Shown: positions 10,216-19,711 of the stretch, in pieces
How the letters are laid out: every line of letters begins with the position of its first letter
How positions within the stretch are numbered: position 1 is the first letter of the stretch
Source: a virus
IMG/VR virus record: IMGVR_UViG_3300035193_000067
Coordinates: 64,001 to 128,000 of that record
Direction: 5' to 3' (one strand)
DNA length: 64,000 bases
Notes under the pieces: generated by a model
Seen by the model: only the letters and a program-made list of their open reading frames with translations
The model's database searches: none
Told to the model about the DNA's origin: nothing
Translations under genes and position numbers: made by a program

Positions 10216-12989
10216 TATAAACCACTTTCCGTAACAGGAGCCTTAAACGAAGTATCCTCAGATTTGTATAAGTTTTGATCAATCCATTCTTCAGGATTGG
10301 ACACTCTACTCTCTTCAGAGGACTTCTCTCCAACTTTTGACGTATCAACCCCCAACCAAGGGTGTTTTTTCCTGACATCAACATGCACAAAAGGAGTATT
10401 AGTGTAGTAACCAAGACCTCCTTTTTTAGTTCCGTAACCTTTCTCATAGAGAGTTCTAAACACGTCCTCTTTTGACACACCCTCTACTCCCAGATCAAGC
10501 GCTTTACCTGTGGCATGCACGCCTTTATTACCTTCTTCACCCACCCGTTCAGAGCTGTACAACTTGATAGCTTTCCCTGGGTACGCTGCAGCCAATACTT
10601 TCAAAGGTGCCTTTAGTGCAGGATCGAGAGGATCCAATTCCTGACCAGATTCTTGAATTTCCTGCTTTCTTTTCTTAGACATTTCAAGTTCTTTTACCCG
10701 ACTCATCGCATCAGAAGAATCCAAATTGATGTACTGAGATTCCCCTGGTTTCTTTGTGGATTTAAATTTAATTCCAGTTGCTTTATCCCAGTCATCCATG
10801 TAAGACCCTTCATCAAAACCTTCATCATAATCAAGACCGCACCTGGGGCACTGACCGGTTAAGGCCAAATGAATAGATCCTGAGTCATCTACTCCATAGG
10901 ACACTATCTGAAGAGGTTCTGTTCCCTTCCAGTAGTCCATCGCGAGCTTGGCAGGACCATAAGGGTTCCTGGCATAAGCAGCTTTGGCGGCTTCATACTC
11001 AGGTACTTCCACAGAAGCTACAGCAGGACCTGACTGAGGTACGTACACAGTCCTTACAGTTGGAGGAGCTGCTATTACTACACCAGGAGAAGTGCCTCTG
11101 CCAATACCCATATTACTTCTGATAGCTTCCCTGTCTGATACAGCTGCCTTATGGGTATCTATCGACAAATCTGTACTGAATGCACTCTTAAGGTTTTTGA
11201 TGGACTGCCCAAAAGCGTCCCCCATCAAAGAGATACCTGCATCAACCAAGCCTTTAAACCCACGCTCAATCAGATCTGTTGAGGATTTGGTATTACCTAC
11301 CGTCTTTTCTATCGATCTTATAATTGCATCACGACGGGCAGATCCACCTTTTTCAAAAAACGTCCCAAACATCTCCGGGACATATCTCCAGAACAAAATC
11401 ATCTTGGACAGAGCATTTGCAACAAGACCCATTAAACCCATTCCTATATGAGAAATATGCTTCATCCACTTATTCATATCTCTTTCCCACTGAGTTCTTT
11501 TTTGAGCCTCTGTCTTATAAGAGTTTCTAAGATTTTTAAAAGCTTCTTTAGAAGCCTCGGCAGCCTTTTCCTTAGCTTCACTGGATTTTGTTGGATCCTT
11601 CTCTATAAGACTGTTTTGATAAACTTCCCAAGCTAAAGTAGCTCCTTCAGCACTCATTCCTATATCTGACTGCTGGAGTTTATGTTTAGTAGTATATTCG
11701 TCTTTAAAATACTCTACGAACTTTTTAACAACACCAGTAACAAATTTTTGAAGAGCTTCCGGATCCCCTTTATTCTCAGACAGACGAGACCAAGTCTCTT
11801 GAAAATTAATTAACGCCTCTAACCCAGTTCCCATACCCAAACTCTCAGCAATCTCAGTTTTCCACCCTTCAGACATCCCTTGAATACCTGAAGAGATTCC
11901 TTTTATGCCTTTGTTGATTAACGCAGCTCCTATAAATTTAGGGATATACAGACTGTCAAAATGTTCCTGCATATTAGCCATAAATTCTGCAGTAGTTTGA
12001 ACATTGAATCCCAGTTTCTCTGTTTCTACGGAAGCGTCTTTGACAGATTCATAAAATTTGGAATAACCAAGACCTGTTGTAGTACCCAGTACAAGAGATC
12101 TGTTCAGGTAATCGGTAGACTCCTTCAAAGACATCCCAAATCTGTGCTGGTTATCAACCATGTCTCTGGCAGTTGATCCTCCAGCAATGTTAAGCAGCTT
12201 GTCAACGCCTAACGAGAGAGTGTGGAAGTTTTTTCCAACTAAACCAAGGTCTCTATCTGCAGACTGACTCCACTCAGCAGTAGCTATACCGCCTTTAACC
12301 ATTTCTGAAAGAGCTGCCTGATATTCCTGTCTGCTGATTCCGTAGAACTTCTGAAGAGATTCCTGTACTGCTGCTACAGTTCTCTGAGCCTTTCCCTGCA
12401 GCTTCTTTAAATGCCCATCTGACGCCATTACCAGAATGTCTGATACTTCACCAGCCTCAGCCTGTAAACGCTGTCTCTCGGCAACACCATAAGCGATTAG
12501 ACCTATAAGACCAGCACCTACAGCACCAAGAACAGGAAGTTTCAAAGAGTTAAGAAAACCCTTTAATTTAAATTTTACAGACTCAACCTCTTTATTAGGC
12601 TTACGTTTCTCTTTCTTGGGAACTTTCAGCTGCTTTCTTTTATCAGAGTTCTTCTTGTCCTTTAGATCTCCGGAAACTGCAGAGAAATGATCAGACAATT
12701 TATTAACAGATTCAGAAAACTTGTCCACTTCAGGAGTACTGATGGAAGACATTGTGTCGAGGATAGAATCAACTTTAGACATCTGTTCCATTACGGTATC
12801 AGCAAATGAAGAAACTTTATGTAGTTCATCCTGTGAAATTACACTCTTCATCAGTTCCGTTAATTTCTCTGTCTGCAGGTAGATGCTGTTAAAGTACTCA
12901 TCATTCTGACGTGATAAATCAGAAAGAACTGCCCCTGTACTGGACAATAAGTACTTCATCTCCTCAAGTTTTTCCAGATCAACTATCAC
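10215..12989 (-). CDS. Tape-measure-like protein 2 with C-terminal peptidase M15 (Zn) domain
   Basis: Long helical region paralogous to 12986..15358; C-terminal VHATGKALD (H-x6-D) and GLGYY...FVHVDVR are M15 motifs. Confidence 0.75.
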   Translation of the reverse strand: MIVDLEKLEEMKYLLSSTGAVLSDLSRQNDEYFNSIYLQTEKLTELMKSVISQDELHKVSSFADTVMEQMSKVDSILDTMSSISTPEVDKFSESVNKLSDHFSAVSGDLKDKKNSDKRKQLKVPKKEKRKPNKEVESVKFKLKGFLNSLKLPVLGAVGAGLIGLIAYGVAERQRLQAEAGEVSDILVMASDGHLKKLQGKAQRTVAAVQESLQKFYGISRQEYQAALSEMVKGGIATAEWSQSADRDLGLVGKNFHTLSLGVDKLLNIAGGSTARDMVDNQHRFGMSLKESTDYLNRSLVLGTTTGLGYSKFYESVKDASVETEKLGFNVQTTAEFMANMQEHFDSLYIPKFIGAALINKGIKGISSGIQGMSEGWKTEIAESLGMGTGLEALINFQETWSRLSENKGDPEALQKFVTGVVKKFVEYFKDEYTTKHKLQQSDIGMSAEGATLAWEVYQNSLIEKDPTKSSEAKEKAAEASKEAFKNLRNSYKTEAQKRTQWERDMNKWMKHISHIGMGLMGLVANALSKMILFWRYVPEMFGTFFEKGGSARRDAIIRSIEKTVGNTKSSTDLIERGFKGLVDAGISLMGDAFGQSIKNLKSAFSTDLSIDTHKAAVSDREAIRSNMGIGRGTSPGVVIAAPPTVRTVYVPQSGPAVASVEVPEYEAAKAAYARNPYGPAKLAMDYWKGTEPLQIVSYGVDDSGSIHLALTGQCPRCGLDYDEGFDEGSYMDDWDKATGIKFKSTKKPGESQYINLDSSDAMSRVKELEMSKKRKQEIQESGQELDPLDPALKAPLKVLAAAYPGKAIKLYSSERVGEEGNKGVHATGKALDLGVEGVSKEDVFRTLYEKGYGTKKGGLGYYTNTPFVHVDVRKKHPWLGVDTSKVGEKSSEESRVSNPEEWIDQNLYKSEDTSFKAPVTESGL

Positions 12990-15358
12990 GGAGTTCGCCC
13001 CACTCTTCTCTGATTGCGTATCATGTCAGACTTGTCAAGGTCTCCTGCATTTATTACTGCAGTTACTCCTTTTTTTACCTTCTTAGATAGACTATCTTTT
13101 GAGACAGATCCTTTCATCGTAGGACCTTCCCATCTTTTTGCAGAATCATATGCCACGTCAGTAGCTTTCTGTCTCTGTTGTTCCCGAGCCTTAACCGCAC
13201 TATCTGATAAAACACCTGTCTTGTTTAGCACAACATCTGCAAGAAACTCTACCCGATCAGTCAAGGATCTCATTAGCATATCTCTCTCTGTCTGAGAGCT
13301 CATTAGGTTGTCTACAGCCTCTTTAGTATCCTTTACGGTGTTCCACATGCTTGTCCAGTTTACAGATCCTACATCAGCTGTAGCAGCCCTCTTAATACTA
13401 CCTAACTGGTCAATTATAGAGATCGTATCACCTAATGCTGAAGCAACGTTTTTGTAACCTTCAATGATCTTAGAAACAGCATCAGACATTCCTTCAAAAA
13501 AAGTGCTTTGAGTCTGCCCTATCTTATCAATGTTCCCAAATGCAGCGTTACGATCTTCCTTGGATGCAGTGGGATCTAAAGCAGTTACTGCTGCATGAAC
13601 CAATGGAGGAATCGACCTGATTCCCAGTATTAAAGTTGCCAGGATATTTGATACCAGATTAAGAAGACCTTCACCCACCTTGGCAAGTCCATCGATAAGA
13701 TCTCTCTGATTCTTCTGGAGCTGTGTTAATTGCGATCCTTCAATGTTAAACGTCTGTTTCCACTGCTTTTCCTGTTCAGGGGTCATAGGAGCCAAACCTT
13801 CAGGTGTTCTGTTGGCATTGTAGTAATCAACAATACCTTGAGCCTGTAGACTGCTTAAGCCGTAGCCACCTTTAAGTATATGCTTTCTATCGTATACACT
13901 CTTAGCCCCTGCGGTTGCGTCTGTATTAAGCCATTCAATTAAACTAAGCAGTGCTCCTGAAGATTCTCCACCTCCTTGCAAAAAAAGCTCCTCCATTCTT
14001 ACAAGAGCTTCATGACCTTTTGTTGAATAATCTTTTCCTTGTTTTTTCTTAAAGTAATAAATAGCAAAAGCCTGCTTCTGAGACTCGCTCATACCCCCAA
14101 AAACACCGCCCATTCCTTCAGTGACCTTCGCAGATAAAGCTCCTGCCTGAGCCTCTCCCATACCCATATCTTCATAAGTTTTCTTCAACCCCTTCATCAC
14201 AGACGCTACTTCAGACATATCAACCCTATACTGCATCAGCGATGATTGGCCTGACAGTATTGAATTAACAAACTTGTCCATAGACATACCAGATCGTTGA
14301 GCCTCATAATTAAGCATCTTCAGTTGCTCAACAGCCCCTCCGATAGTACCTCCAAATTCCTGTACAAGTTTATCCGCCTGCTTTATCGTAGTACCGGCAG
14401 CCTGGTTGAATGCTTTATCGAGTGCTAAGGATTGTGTAAGAATGTTTGCATTAACATCCGACACAGACTTGTTAAAGTCAGACATTGACAACTCTGCAGC
14501 GTGTCCTCCTTTAACAATAGCCTCCATAACAGACTGGATCTCTTTACGCCCGATCCCGTAATGGTACTGAGCCTTCTCCTGAAAATTGGAAGCCCATTTT
14601 ACAGCCTGTTGAGATGTCTTCTCAAAGAGGTTTCCTGCCGCCTCATACGCGTTAGCCATCTCCCCTCTCTGAGCACCCTTGCGCTGCCTCTCCTGAACAC
14701 CCATCACCATGGAGCTTATCAAAGCTAAAGCACCCATACCCAAGAAACCAGTGCCGAGAGCTCCCCCACTAAAACCGCTGAGCATCCCACTTATTTTTGA
14801 CTTGGCAGTTTTAAGCTCTTTTACAAGATATCCCCCAATTTTCTTGGCAGAGTCTTTCCAGGACTTTTCAGCCTTCTTTGATTCTTCTATGGCTTTTTTG
14901 GCAGCCCTGCTAACAGCCTCTGCAGTAGCTAAAGACTTCTGCAGCTCTTCAACGTTCTGAGCACCACCTGAGATACTAAAATTAAAACCCTGACCACCTG
15001 CCGCAGCACCTGCAGGAACGTTGGATCCGTTTGATTTCAGATTAAAATCACCAAGAACTTTTAACTGATTGTGAAGACTTTTTGCATTACTGTCAATTTC
15101 TGAAAACAGCTGGGAAGATGTCTCAAGTCTGGAGAGAAATGAAGTATAAAAAGTATCCAGCTTTGAATAGGAAGAATCCAGAGCTGATGAGATATTTACC
15201 ACCTTGTTTTCGATATCTGTCAAGGAAGTGTTAATATCTCGGGATGTCTGCTGTACTCCGGAGGTGAATACACTGTATGCAGCCTGGAGCTCTGCCATCT
15301 GCCTGGTGAGCTCCTGTACATCGAACGAAAGAACGTATTGAGTATCTAAGTCTGCCAC
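12986..15358 (-). CDS. Tape-measure protein 1
   Basis: 790 aa, helical, Ala/Gly/Ser/Lys-rich; directly downstream of the tail chaperone genes. Confidence 0.75.
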   Translation of the reverse strand: MADLDTQYVLSFDVQELTRQMAELQAAYSVFTSGVQQTSRDINTSLTDIENKVVNISSALDSSYSKLDTFYTSFLSRLETSSQLFSEIDSNAKSLHNQLKVLGDFNLKSNGSNVPAGAAAGGQGFNFSISGGAQNVEELQKSLATAEAVSRAAKKAIEESKKAEKSWKDSAKKIGGYLVKELKTAKSKISGMLSGFSGGALGTGFLGMGALALISSMVMGVQERQRKGAQRGEMANAYEAAGNLFEKTSQQAVKWASNFQEKAQYHYGIGRKEIQSVMEAIVKGGHAAELSMSDFNKSVSDVNANILTQSLALDKAFNQAAGTTIKQADKLVQEFGGTIGGAVEQLKMLNYEAQRSGMSMDKFVNSILSGQSSLMQYRVDMSEVASVMKGLKKTYEDMGMGEAQAGALSAKVTEGMGGVFGGMSESQKQAFAIYYFKKKQGKDYSTKGHEALVRMEELFLQGGGESSGALLSLIEWLNTDATAGAKSVYDRKHILKGGYGLSSLQAQGIVDYYNANRTPEGLAPMTPEQEKQWKQTFNIEGSQLTQLQKNQRDLIDGLAKVGEGLLNLVSNILATLILGIRSIPPLVHAAVTALDPTASKEDRNAAFGNIDKIGQTQSTFFEGMSDAVSKIIEGYKNVASALGDTISIIDQLGSIKRAATADVGSVNWTSMWNTVKDTKEAVDNLMSSQTERDMLMRSLTDRVEFLADVVLNKTGVLSDSAVKAREQQRQKATDVAYDSAKRWEGPTMKGSVSKDSLSKKVKKGVTAVINAGDLDKSDMIRNQRRVGRTP

Positions 15359-15969
15359 TACTTAATCCGGAAGGTTGAAGATCTCCTGCGCTCCCCTTCC
15401 ACTACGGAAGGATTACTCTCATTTAGTATATCATCCTTTTGGTTCATAGGCTTAACCATATGCTTAAGAATTTCCTTATTCTCGAATGATTCCCATTTAA
15501 GTTTCTTTTCAAGCTCTTCAGGATCATCGGGGAATATCAAATCATCATCCTGCATAAACTCGTCAAGCTCTTCAGGAGTCATCATAACAATCTTGCCTGA
15601 CTCTTCCTTCTCTTCAAGCTCTTCCTGCTTCTGCAGCTCTGCATGAGATTCAGCCACTTTACTAAGTACTGCATCATTTCCGCAAAGAAACGCCAGAGGA
15701 GTTATTTCATTCTCGTCAGGCTTACGCAGTCTGGTATAAGTGTTACCCTCTTCATCCACAAGACTCTCTTCAACAGGTATGGTATTTAGACCCAACATGT
15801 CTATAAGAGAATTACGAGATACTTTCATGATCGAAGAAATATCCTCATACTTCCGCTTGTCTCGCTCAACCAAACCCAGCAGCTCAAAGTTCCACTGAGT
15901 GGAATTCATTCTCTGAGCTGCAGGATCACTGATTAAAATTCTCTTACGTGAAAGAACTTCAGATTTCAC
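15358..15969 (-). CDS. Tail assembly chaperone, frameshift extension (gpT-like)
   Basis: Frame is open upstream to the A-AAA-AAG site at 16056-16062 and is the -1 frame of 16014..16550. Confidence 0.75.
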   Translation of the reverse strand: MKSEVLSRKRILISDPAAQRMNSTQWNFELLGLVERDKRKYEDISSIMKVSRNSLIDMLGLNTIPVEESLVDEEGNTYTRLRKPDENEITPLAFLCGNDAVLSKVAESHAELQKQEELEEKEESGKIVMMTPEELDEFMQDDDLIFPDDPEELEKKLKWESFENKEILKHMVKPMNQKDDILNESNPSVVEGERRRSSTFRIK

Positions 15970-16013
15970 ACGTATGGTGGAACAGATTTTTGGCCATTCC
16001 GGAAAAGTTTCAT

Positions 16014-16550
16014 TCAGCTCTCTTCCGTACTCTTCTCCGAACTCTCCGGTAAGGACTTTTTTACGGATGCCTGCATATCATTCTGTCGCTTCTGAAGCTC
16101 TCCCCATTTTGTATACAGATCATTCAAAAATGTAGAAGGTTGCTGCCCAAGCCATTCATAGAATAATTTGCAAAGTAAGTATTTTCCTTCAAAACCATCA
16201 TACGGAGACAGGAACTTACTCAACTCATCCTTTTCTTCCTGCTTAAGAGTCTCGAAGTGATCGTAGTACCGGGTACGTTTACTGAGAATCTCATCAAGAT
16301 CCTCCTGAAAGATTTCTTCAATGCTGCACCCGTTAATGCTGCGGATACCTACTGCGAGAGTTGCAACACGGGCTGTCAACGTAAGAGTGACTGTATTCTT
16401 GCTGTCTATGATATTGTATGACCAGGCAGCCTCTGAGTCAGTGAGAAGTTTCATCTCATAAGATCTGCCATTAATCTCGTAAGTTTCACACAACAACTGT
16501 CCCTGCAGTTCTGCATTCAGATCCAGTAAAATTTGCTTGGCTTTTGACAT
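16014..16550 (-). CDS. Tail assembly chaperone (gpG-like)
   Basis: Between tube and tape measure genes; slippery heptamer near the 3' end; GGAGG RBS. Confidence 0.8.
   Translation of the reverse strand: MSKAKQILLDLNAELQGQLLCETYEINGRSYEMKLLTDSEAAWSYNIIDSKNTVTLTLTARVATLAVGIRSINGCSIEEIFQEDLDEILSKRTRYYDHFETLKQEEKDELSKFLSPYDGFEGKYLLCKLFYEWLGQQPSTFLNDLYTKWGELQKRQNDMQASVKKSLPESSEKSTEES
16056..16062 (-). promoter_or_regulatory. -1 programmed ribosomal frameshift slippery site A AAA AAG
   Basis: Minus strand GTA AAA AAG; the -1 frame reads VLTGEFGEEYGRELNETFPEWPKICSTIRVKSEV straight into 15358..15969. Confidence 0.85.
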
Positions 16551-16658
16551 TATTCAAGCCTCCATCTGTCTTTAGATTGTCAATGTTTCCTGAAAATATA
16601 CTAATTTCCAGATAAGGTTACTTACTATAAGGAGAGAGTTTGAGGAAATTTCCGAGGA

Positions 16659-17108
16659 CTAGGAAACTCTGTACTTTTTAACGTACATGAGAGATGCATT
16701 AACTTTAGTAATGCGATCCCCTTGAGCAGAGTGGTTACGGCCAAGAGAAGTGAACCAGCAGCCTGAGTACACCCATACCTCTGGAGTCCCGTTAGGTTTA
16801 AGCCATTTTTCCTGAATCTGTATAGGGTTGGTCTGATCAGTAAGCATCTGAATAGAAAAGTCAGGTCCCCACACATCTTCCATTTTGGAAGTATACAGAT
16901 CATAGCGATTGACAGTAATATTCAATCCTGTGATATTACCAGGAACGTTCTCATAAACTTCACCGGATGTAGCAGAATTGAGCTCATACGTATGAGTAAC
17001 AGTTCTGTTCTGTTGAGGGTTCCAATCCTGTATCTGACCAATTGTCTTACCGCTCACCCTAATGGATAGAGCATGATCAGTTCTAGTGGCTGTATTTGGC
17101 AAAGGCAT
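16659..17108 (-). CDS. Tail tube protein
   Basis: 149 aa directly after the sheath; IGQIQDW..., VYSGCWFTS...VNASLMY pattern typical of myovirus tubes. Confidence 0.85.
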   Translation of the reverse strand: MPLPNTATRTDHALSIRVSGKTIGQIQDWNPQQNRTVTHTYELNSATSGEVYENVPGNITGLNITVNRYDLYTSKMEDVWGPDFSIQMLTDQTNPIQIQEKWLKPNGTPEVWVYSGCWFTSLGRNHSAQGDRITKVNASLMYVKKYRVS

Positions 17109-17118
17109 TTATATCTCC

Positions 17119-19596
17119 TTAGTTAGTGTAGAACGGATTATCGACACTATATTCACCGAAAAATCTCTTGGCTACGTACTTAAGATTGAACCAATATCTG
17201 AACACAAAACTACGAGGATCGTTCTCATCCTGGTACGCTTCAATATCTGTTAGCAAATCGATGTCACGTGTAGATCCGTTGGGATTTCTGTAAGTACCAA
17301 TATCTCTGTTTGAGATTGATCCTTTAATCGCAATGGAAATCCATGTTTTAATGTCAGTAATAAAATCTGCGAGATCATCAGGAACAACACCTTTTACATT
17401 CCCATCCAACGCCCTGGCAACCGCACGAGTAACAGCATCCTTCTGAGAAGAAGAGGAGATCTCTTCAAACTGTACAACTTTAGCCCCACCTGCTTCAGTT
17501 GTAAGAGGATCAATCAGAGTCAGGTTACCTGCTTCATTGGTCACAACAGTTACGCCATTACCTGCCAGAGTATAACGCTGACCTTGCAGATAAGTCTGAA
17601 AAGTGCTGTCAGTGAGGAATCCTGTAACAGTCTTGTTCAACAAAGCCTCTGAAGGACCTGAGAGGCTGCAGAATCTTGCAGCAACAGCTGTAGCAAGGTA
17701 ACTTCCATCAAGCTGTACAGTAACCTCTGTAGCGTCTTCCAGAACCAGTGTACGAGATACGTTGGCAGGAGCTACAAGGATCTGACGACCTCTACCGGAG
17801 GAAGTGTTACCTGGTTGAAGAGTTCTGGTAGCTCTATATACGAATGTATCAGGCGTATCAGGATCTCCAACAGCGGTATCACGTGCCATACCATACCAAC
17901 CACGACGATATTTCTTTTCAGTGATAGAACTCATGGAAGAAACATGATTCATCAGGTATACTGCCTGAGCTTCTGCGGTATCAATAACAACTAAATCAGT
18001 AATTCCGGATTTTTCACGACATACATCAATAGCTGCATTTACCTGTGAAGGAGTCGGGTACCCTGGAGCAGTTGAGTCATTAATCTGAGTGATGTACAGA
18101 GCAGAGATACCATTCTCAAAAGCAATCTCACCAGCTACAGCAAGCTCATTACGAGGGTAGTTGGCCAGAGTTAAAGGAGAGCAGTAATCATACAGCTGAT
18201 CAGGTGTGTAAACAATATTTGAAGTAGCGTAATCCGTGCTGGGGCGGGTATAATCATACGAGGAGTAGAACACTGTACCAAAGTTAGGACGGTTACCGGT
18301 ACCTGAGATTTCATAAGGGAGGGAGCTGGAAGCTATCCCGAAGATATCAGTTACACCAGAAGTGGTTCCTTCGAATAAAGAAATAGAGGATGCCGCACCT
18401 TTGGAAGAAGGTGTATCAGTAAACATTGCAGGAGCTGTCAGATTGACAGCAGAGCCACTTACTGAAGCAACATGACCATACAAAGGACCGTAAGAAGCAG
18501 ATGCAGTAAAAGCTGCATTAATATCAGCTACAACATCAGCAGCTGCAGGATTAGGGAGATTGGTGGTCAATGTGACAGTTATAGGATCGATGTTGTTGAA
18601 ACCTATTTTCAGATCTGTACCTGTTGCAGTAAAGACACCATCAAGTCCCGTAATAGTAGCATCCGTCCATGAAGTAGTATCCCAATCAAGATAATTGCCG
18701 TTAGCTTCATAGTCATAATTCTGAGTATAACTGGAAGATCCAGGATATGCACCAACAAACAGGATAGAGCTTAAAGGAGTTGCTGTAGCAGTGTTGGATA
18801 ATACATCAAGAAGCATATCCACAGCTACATAATCAATAGTGTAGGTATCAGACGAGCTGTACAGTGCGTCATTGACACGAACTACAGTAGAGGATTGAAC
18901 TCCTGCACCAGTAGTAGGAGCCCATGCAGTATTGGATACTTCAGAAGCAGCATCAGCAGCTGCAGGAGATGACAAAATAACCTTAATGTCAGAAGTTGAA
19001 TCAGTAGCTACCCCGTTAAGAGTAATAACCGGATACGTGACACCTGTAGCAGAAGAAGCAAATGCACTGTAGGAAGATCCATACAAAGGACTTGCAACCA
19101 AACCTGCATTAATGGCAGCAGCAATATTGGCACCACTTGCTGTAGCAGGAGTACCACCGACTGAAGTAACCAAGGCATCTAGATCCAGTTTAATGAAACC
19201 TTTATTATCTGCATTCAACGAAAGGTATTGAGCTGTTCCTGTTCCTGAAGATACGTCTATTGTTGCAGCAGCCCATTCATCGCCTACGAGAGTTGCAGCA
19301 ACAAAACTCCAATCACCAAGACCCAGTGCATTACTGTTCCTGTAAAGAACTGCCTGGGTACGATCTCGGTTGGAAGTATTGGAAAGAGTAGCTACATAAG
19401 GAGTGGAGGTTGAGAGAGTCAAAGACTCATTGTATACCTTACCTCGTACAATAGCTTCATCATTCGCTCTACGCGTCCGTGGTGCAATAGCAACAATACC
19501 CAGTGTTCTCTCTGATGTAATAGAGACAGCACCAGGCTGTACTTTTTCTCGAATATATGTTCCTGGGTCAACATACCCATTAACTCCAAAAGCCAT
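17119..19596 (-). CDS. Tail sheath protein with inserted accessory domains
   Basis: N-terminal YVDPGTYIRE; C-terminal YLATAVAA, LAGNGVTVV and FRYWFNLKYV-type sheath core; 825 aa. Confidence 0.9.
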   Translation of the reverse strand: MAFGVNGYVDPGTYIREKVQPGAVSITSERTLGIVAIAPRTRRANDEAIVRGKVYNESLTLSTSTPYVATLSNTSNRDRTQAVLYRNSNALGLGDWSFVAATLVGDEWAAATIDVSSGTGTAQYLSLNADNKGFIKLDLDALVTSVGGTPATASGANIAAAINAGLVASPLYGSSYSAFASSATGVTYPVITLNGVATDSTSDIKVILSSPAAADAASEVSNTAWAPTTGAGVQSSTVVRVNDALYSSSDTYTIDYVAVDMLLDVLSNTATATPLSSILFVGAYPGSSSYTQNYDYEANGNYLDWDTTSWTDATITGLDGVFTATGTDLKIGFNNIDPITVTLTTNLPNPAAADVVADINAAFTASASYGPLYGHVASVSGSAVNLTAPAMFTDTPSSKGAASSISLFEGTTSGVTDIFGIASSSLPYEISGTGNRPNFGTVFYSSYDYTRPSTDYATSNIVYTPDQLYDYCSPLTLANYPRNELAVAGEIAFENGISALYITQINDSTAPGYPTPSQVNAAIDVCREKSGITDLVVIDTAEAQAVYLMNHVSSMSSITEKKYRRGWYGMARDTAVGDPDTPDTFVYRATRTLQPGNTSSGRGRQILVAPANVSRTLVLEDATEVTVQLDGSYLATAVAARFCSLSGPSEALLNKTVTGFLTDSTFQTYLQGQRYTLAGNGVTVVTNEAGNLTLIDPLTTEAGGAKVVQFEEISSSSQKDAVTRAVARALDGNVKGVVPDDLADFITDIKTWISIAIKGSISNRDIGTYRNPNGSTRDIDLLTDIEAYQDENDPRSFVFRYWFNLKYVAKRFFGEYSVDNPFYTN

Positions 19597-19670
19597 TCAG
19601 CATCTCCTAATCTCTCACTGCGTGAGCTTAAATGGAAAACAGCAGATCAATACTACCTACCGCAGTATCA

Positions 19671-19696
19671 ATTATAGAACAGAGATTGTCGGGATT
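19671..19696 (-). promoter_or_regulatory. Putative phage late promoter AATCCCGACA-N10-TATAAT
   Basis: Upstream of the sheath gene; similar motif at 25008-25033, 30689-30715 and 39910-39935. Confidence 0.6.
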
Positions 19697-19711
19697 TTAA
19701 AGATGGGTTGT

